This document shows, in pieces, positions 57,610 through 64,000 of a stretch of 64,000 nucleotides of DNA (its first letter is position 1; each line of letters opens with the position of its first letter). The notes beneath the pieces are model-generated. The model searched no databases. It saw nothing but the letters and a program-made list of their open reading frames with translations, and was not told the DNA's origin. Origin of the DNA: Balanoglossus misakiensis (lineage: Eukaryota > Animalia > Hemichordata); contig CM082594.2 in NCBI GenBank assembly GCA_040954595.2, positions 5,689,319 through 5,753,318 of the forward strand, in the 5' to 3' direction. A program made the translations under genes and the position numbers.

Positions 57610-59007
57610 AACTACTCTGGTTCCCTGTCCTAGTGTTACCGCTGGCTGCGCTATGTTTACGAATGGGGTCCTGTGCGTTAATCGTACTGGACAAAATGGA
57701 CGCTGTTTGTTACTAATAGTCTTCTGATCACTGCCAAACTTATGATCGTCCCAGTCAATTTGATGTTGTAATGGGTTCGTGTAAGCTCTTGTATAGCGTA
57801 CAAAAGTGTGATTGAACTTTTCGACCTGGCAGGCACTTTGTGGGTGATGTCGGGTGGGATAAGCTTTGTTCATACCAAGCAAATCACACACACTGGGAAA
57901 ATTGTCCAGCAATACCTTTGCAACCATATTCTTATGAGCCTCCTCATTGGGGATGGGGTAAGGCTCTACCGACTTGGGCGAAATTATCACCAACTACCTG
58001 TCTTTCGATCAGCCCCACTACTCACAGGAAAAGGTTCCAATTGAATGGCAATGCGCTCAAGGTTTACTGCAACAACATCAGTTTTCAACGATACTCTCTT
58101 TTCCCCTGTGAATAGTTGGTTCTACATAATAACATTCCAATAGCCTATCAGACGGAGTCATAATTGCTGATTTTTTTCGACTTTGGTCATTCAGAGCAAC
58201 CTGATAAACCAGTGCTAAGGTCAACACAACTGAAAGCGTGCTTCACCCAAACCTTTCAAGTTGTTTAGTATACGAGACAAGGGGAACTGCATTTATGCGA
58301 CGAAATTCACACAATCAGCCGAAATGAGTAATCTTTCTTGGCTACAAGTAGACATGGGCTACTCCATGGGGAATCACTCACTACCAACAACCAAACAAAT
58401 GTTGGTATCTGCTTATCAATCTCAGCTTTCTTCCGACCTTCCGACATGGGACAATGTATGGAAACAATTTTATTGGTTTCTCAGTTGTTGTAGGTATGTG
58501 GTGTTTCACTATGTGTCTTATCTCCAAATCTTTGTTGAATCTCTGTTGAATCTTTGCAAAAGACATTAGCATTTGAACAAAATTGAGGGTGGTAAAGGGG
58601 GGGGGGGTTAAAGACTTAGGGTTTCAGGGGAACTGAAGTACTTTGGTTTGGTCCTTTCATAAAAGGACAAAGCCTAATTTTAGGTACCATGTTTTGAAGT
58701 TAATTTTCAAGGTATAATTGCTAATCTGAAACATCAGTGTCACAGTTAACCTAAATGGAATCATTTATAGAATTACAGGACTTTTATCGCATCTACAGTA
58801 TGAAATGCTATTGTGTTTCTCTAAAAACAACTAATAGGATGTGTTGGTTACAAAACAACCACTGTACTTTTGATTTTGAGCACACTCTGAGTCACTGTAC
58901 ATACTAAAGTAGACATACAGTCTTTGCATATTTGTTGCTCTTGCATCTCTGATAAGTGTAATGACCCCTAAAAGTTAGGTTTATTTCCAAATGACACAAT
59001 TTACTTT
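57610..59007 (-). mobile_element. Insertion containing decayed Gypsy/Ty3 LTR-retrotransposon pol fragments
   Basis: Interrupts the shared spacer block at ...gtgcactcaca|, and homology resumes near 59008. The minus strand gives integrase-like HPQSACQVEKFNHT...QIDWDD (57541-57993) and pre-RT-like VKHHIPTTTEKPIKLFPY (58381-58572), broken by stops and frameshifts. Confidence 0.7.
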
Positions 59008-60022
59008 CATCACCGTATCTGTCTACAATGTGTGTGTTGTTTGAAGGCATGTATACTACAAAATGGCTGTACAAATGTAATTACATTTATAAGTTACATG
59101 TATGTGTACTCACTATAAGATCAGACAAGTGAACATTTGCAATTGCCTTCATGTCATTCTTTATTTGCCATTTATGTAAGTAAATCATTCACCTGTAGTC
59201 CGCTCACGTAGAATACTTTTTTTATGTAGGAACAAGGAAGATTCGTGAGGTGCTATCTCTCATTGTCACAGGTGTCATCTGGGTACCATGCAAATTAGCC
59301 GCGCCGAGACAAAAAGTCACGTCACACCTGCTAGCTGCTGCCATCGCCCAAATTGTACGAATTTGATTGGCCTTCAAAGGGGAAATTTTCAATCCATGGT
59401 CCCCGCATCAGTTATTGTTGATAATGAATATTTGTATAGTGGAAAGCTTTTGTTTTCAATTGATATCTTTTTTATCAAGTAATCTATTTACTTTCAAATA
59501 AAGCTGAAAAAGCAGGCGCAGGTTAAAGCTAAATTTCAGAGAATTTTGCTAAAGGAGAAAATGCGGTTTTATCACCTCAAAAGCTTGTTTACCATGATAT
59601 AAACGAGGACTCGTGGGTGACTTTTTTCTAGTATAAGACATTACATGGAAAGGCATGGTTATAGCATATGATGTCACAGTCTAGATAAGGTCTTGTGAAC
59701 TTTAGGTTGACAGTAGTACATCCGCTTGTGGTAAAAGAATTACATATTAAATGTCTAGTCTAATGATAGTTGTGACAAACTCTTCTTTGAAAGGAATTAT
59801 GATACTCTCCCTCACTATTTGAATTTCACAGCTAAGTGGCTAAACTATAATCTAATCATAGCAATGTTAATAAACAAAGTGACAAATATAGTAGTACTCG
59901 GGTTTACTTCATTCACTACTTCAAAGTATCCATGACGTCACAAATATGTGATCTTCAACTTCTTCAAGTGGATGCCAAACCTTGAACGAAAGCAATGAAA
60001 ACTGAGTCAATGTACATGATGA

Positions 60023-60024
<2 letters not shown>

Positions 60025-60097
<73 letters not shown>

Positions 60098-60143
60098 GTC
60101 ATCGTCATCGTCATCGTCATCATCATCATCATCATCATCATCG

Positions 60144-60205
<62 letters not shown>

Positions 60206-60229
60206 GCCACCACCATCATCATCATCATT
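60025..60229. repeat. (CAT)n trinucleotide microsatellite
   Basis: Long CAT run with CGT variants. The paralogous site in unit 5 (~56127-56145) has only a few units. Confidence 0.95.
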
Positions 60230-60329
60230 AAAAGACTAATATGCTCTGTCGGAAACTTAGCATGGGCGCCATATATCTGCGTACATCAGGTCATTTGTGT
60301 TCCTAGGGAGAAAACTTACCTTAGGTCTA

Positions 60330-60581
60330 TTACTCGATGTAGACTTGAAACTTGAGAAGTAAGTCTGCACGCGGGATCCTTTCTAGGACATATCGAACGG
60401 TCTGTTTACGTTCAGAGGGGATATAGTAAACCTGGAAGAGATCCGCCATGTCATAGGAGTCCTTCACGTTCTCAAGCTTTCCAGCAGGTATACCGTAATC
60501 TGTCAAGATTGCTTTCACGTGCTTCAATTCACCCCCCTTCAATTCGTCAAATATTTGTATGAGGGCCTCTCTGTCTGCCAT
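60330..60581 (-). CDS. Death-fold unit 6: single-domain PYRIN-like protein, 83 aa
   Basis: MADREALIQIFDELKGGELKHVKAILTDYGIPAGKLENVKDSYDMADLFQVYY...VLERIPRADLL. Stops TAA TAG precede the retained donor. Confidence 0.8.
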   Translation of the reverse strand: MADREALIQIFDELKGGELKHVKAILTDYGIPAGKLENVKDSYDMADLFQVYYIPSERKQTVRYVLERIPRADLLLKFQVYIE

Positions 60582-60638
60582 GGTGTATGGAATGGTAAAC
60601 GTTTCCACAAACCTAAAAAAGAAACAACAAATCTTAAT

Positions 60639-60851
<213 letters not shown>

Positions 60852-61573
60852 ATTTTATCGTTTCCCTTACCGACCACACGATCAGCGGGCCTTTGTCCGC
60901 ATAATAAGGAGGTGGGACTTTGCCCCACTATTTGACCTTTTAGTCGTTATACTTCGGAAATTCACGTTTTGTCCCCCAAAACTTTTTATGACTCTATGTA
61001 TGTACGTAGGCCTACATGTATGAAAAGAATGGAGAAATTTGTCTTCGTGGTATATATGCATCTAGTGAAAAACATGTCTTCCACCGCTGGGACAGACTTA
61101 TGTTCCACTCCGGACTGTGGACATGTTTGTAAAATATAACCATCGCTAGTAATAAATTCCAGCTCCTACCGTCCGCAATTCTGATAGGACGAGAGCTCAA
61201 TCCAGCGATGCTAAAATTAAGCAATAATGCACTGCTAAAACGGGCCCCTGAACTAGCATACGGCGGCAAAAATGTGCGGTTAAACCACAGTCGCGCGTGT
61301 TTAAACCAAATAAATAAAACAAAAATACTGTTGAATTAACGGACGTTTTATTTTGGAACTGCTCTGTGGAAATATTTGTCACTTTGCCACGCGCGATGCC
61401 CGTCTTGTCACTTTTTGTCGCCTGCTTCATGTTTAATGCTCGATCCCGGCCGCTCGTGTTTACATTCATCGTCGCCATGTTGGTTCACGATCGTAATTTC
61501 TCTTTCTGACGCCGTTTCGGTAAGAAAATGACACTGATATGCCACAAAAACAATTGTTGATATAATATAATAG

Positions 61574-61711
61574 CAATAACCCCCGCCTCAGTCGGGTATA
61601 CGCTCGATTTGGGCACAATTCTCTCCATATAGCACTCGCCTGACGGCTCGTGCTATATGTCTCGAATTGTACCCAAATCTCGCGTATACCCGCCTGCGGC
61701 GGGGGTTATTG
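61574..61711. mobile_element. ~140-bp palindromic MITE/foldback in the unit-6 upstream region
   Basis: caataacccccgcc...cgggtatacgc.cgatttggg.acaattc...catatagcac mirrors gtgctatatg...gaattgt.cccaaatc.cgcgtatacccg...ggcgggggttattg. Confidence 0.8.
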
Positions 61712-62599
61712 TTTAAATAGCATCGTTGTTGTCCAGTCAGAATGGCCGATGGTAGCATGATATAATATAATGTAATTGCATTTTTTCAAACCTTTTGAAA
61801 ACTACAGTAGTACTTCAGAAATCCCGATTTTCCCCCAAAAGTGTTTGTGCCTCACAGATTTGAAACGTTTACCATTCTTAGAAACCTGTTTACGGCTATG
61901 ATAGCCTAACCATATGATTGTTTTCTTTTATATCATAAATATCATGCATGAATTAGCAATTAGTGTTTTACAAGACTGGTTTTCTTTCAGATCATAACAC
62001 GAACATTCCATGTATGTCTAGTTAACTGTGCTTCAAATTTACACATTTGAAATGGCTCCTGACCAAAGCTAAGCTCTGTTATAAAAGTTTAACGGCAACT
62101 CCGTGAAGTTGATTTCACCAGTGGCGTTCATTTCTAACACGCCAAGCACAGCGAGCACAAGTGATGTCTCGCACAAATAGGGTCGTAAATATTAATTTGG
62201 AGGGCTTTCTTGTGGTTTCGTTTCACTAGGTACCAGTCACTGACGTACTTTGTTTTGATATTGACTGTTTAATTGCCTTTGTAGTCTATGATTTATTCTC
62301 TTTGGGGCGTTTTCCGAGGTGTGTCGAAGGGGCAAACTTTGAGCAAATATTAAAAAAAACGGCTAAGTTTGGCCAGCACAGGTTTGTTTGCGCGCGATAT
62401 GCACTTACAGACTAGCCCACTAGTCGCTTGGTGATTTTTGGAATCTCAATACTTAGTGTGTGTTTGCGGTGATTTTTTGTCTTTATAAATAATCTCAACA
62501 CTTGTCTTGAGCGTGTTTCTGGTAGTGAGGCGAGTTTCGAATTTGGGACTGAGCTCATGGTTTCGGGCAGCGTCGGTATGGGCCTACGCATGTCCTAGA

Positions 62600-62810
62600 C
62601 ACACGCGTTGAACTCGCTGTCTTTTACTCCACACACACTACATAGGAAGACTCGGAACAATTTAAAAAAAATGTATATATTATGAAATAACGAAGCCCTT
62701 AGACTTGGAGCAAGTCTAAGTCTATCTTTCTATGTTAAATTTTTGTAACCCCCTTGCATTTGGGCCGGAGGCCTTGGAACGCAATAAAACTATTCTTCTA
62801 TTCTATTCTA
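62600..62810 (+). mobile_element. Possible retroposon 3' end
   Basis: AATAAA followed by a short (TTCTA)n tail in a segment absent from the other units. Confidence 0.35.
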
Positions 62811-64000
62811 GCTCGCTATACCAGATTAAACTGTCGGAAAATATTTGACCAGGAGCCATTTCAAATTTGTTAATTTGAAACATCAGCTTTATTTGCACTA
62901 AGTTAACGAACAGATTGCATTTGTCATGGAAGGGGACGAAGCGATAGTCTTACTATGAAATGTTGAAAAAGCGGGAATGGTAAGACAGGTTTATTTAAGA
63001 AACGAATATGCTTATGACTCAATGCAAAACTGCTGTGACCGCGAAAATAAATTGTGTCTGATAATGTGGGTCTAAACAGACCAAGCCTACTACGCTGCAA
63101 ATTCTCTTGAATTGAAATTTCAACACATTGGTTTGGCCTCAAGCCGCAAGGGTTTACTGACAAGCCATACCGATTTACTTACTGAAGTAATATCGGTACC
63201 GGTTTTTCCACAAGCAAGCTAAAATCAAGCCAATTTTGAAGAAACGAAACAATCCGATTAGCGACAAACAAGCCGGTTTGATTTTGGCTTGAAATTAGCT
63301 TGTGAGTAAGTCAAAAGAATTTGCAGTGTAGTAGCTTTGTTCGTAAGATTCATTACAGGTGCTATTTTTAGGTATAATGTAATCGACGTTTTCATTTTGC
63401 TGTTTTTTTGTAGTTTTATCCCAAAGGGATATCGTATAAAACAAAAAAGTGATACATACTTTACAATATTCCGTCTTTTATCGATGGAAGAAAACGCCTT
63501 GGTGTTCACAAAGTAGTAAATTCCGCCTTTGACCAAGGTCTTGTTTTCTTATATGCCTAGAGAAATGGTGCGATTGGTTGTTGTCAATCACGTGCCGTAA
63601 AGAGACTGCGTATGCACACTATCTTGACCACGTGAGTCAAACATGTTGAGTCAAGTCATGCTAGTATCTAGCCGTATTTTTGTCCGCTTTGCTTCCAAAA
63701 ATAACGTCTAGCATCATGCATGTCACCGGCCCAATAAGTCCTTTGCTGGGAATTGTGATGTAACTAGCAGCGTGTCTTTTAAGTCAGTCAATCACGTACT
63801 TTGTTTTTCCAATGATTGGACATAGAATACACATATGTATGTGTAATTAAGGATATTTTAAATTCAAATTAGCCCTGCATTCATCATAATCTTACACTCA
63901 TTCACGATTGTTCGGTTTATGTAATTGACTTCTAGGGGGACCACAGCAAGGGGTATCAGACTCTATTGGGCCAGTGGCCGGCCAGTGGCATGCATGACGG

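Noticed and set aside
59995-60231. Poly-His and poly-Met ORFs
   Set aside because: They are translations of a (CAT)n microsatellite.
45787-60581. One long multi-domain gene (e.g. caspase-8 or FADD) spanning the array
   Set aside because: Each unit has its own ATG, stop and promoter block, and no caspase or death-domain exon was found.

Overview
Intron-rich eukaryotic DNA with GT-AG introns, microsatellites and MITEs, most likely from a marine invertebrate such as a non-vertebrate deuterostome (inference). Genes in order, assembled by hand: (1) an intact but strongly diverged 9-exon HSC70 paralog (-, 73-3405); (2) a two-exon somatomedin-B/Cys-rich class-B-like 7TM receptor (-, 5006-7539); (3) a MEGF10/11 (Draper/CED-1 family) engulfment receptor (-, 11526-25143) with two apparently mutually exclusive transmembrane exons; (4) an ADAM10-like metalloprotease (+, 34666-39525) with a U12-type intron that seems to end in AA; (5) ILF2/NF45 (+, 40247-44486); (6) a six-unit tandem array (-, ~45.6-63.7 kb) of small death-fold-only genes. 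The array is the most striking feature. Three units encode a PYRIN-like domain fused to a DED, one is DED-only through an in-frame deletion, and two are PYRIN-like-only through a shared stop. All units carry a conserved NF-kB/AP-1 cassette, and the DED C-terminal half varies mostly by replacement changes. This resembles an invertebrate ASC/POP/cFLIP-like adaptor-and-decoy kit. All domain calls are by eye and need HMM or structure confirmation.
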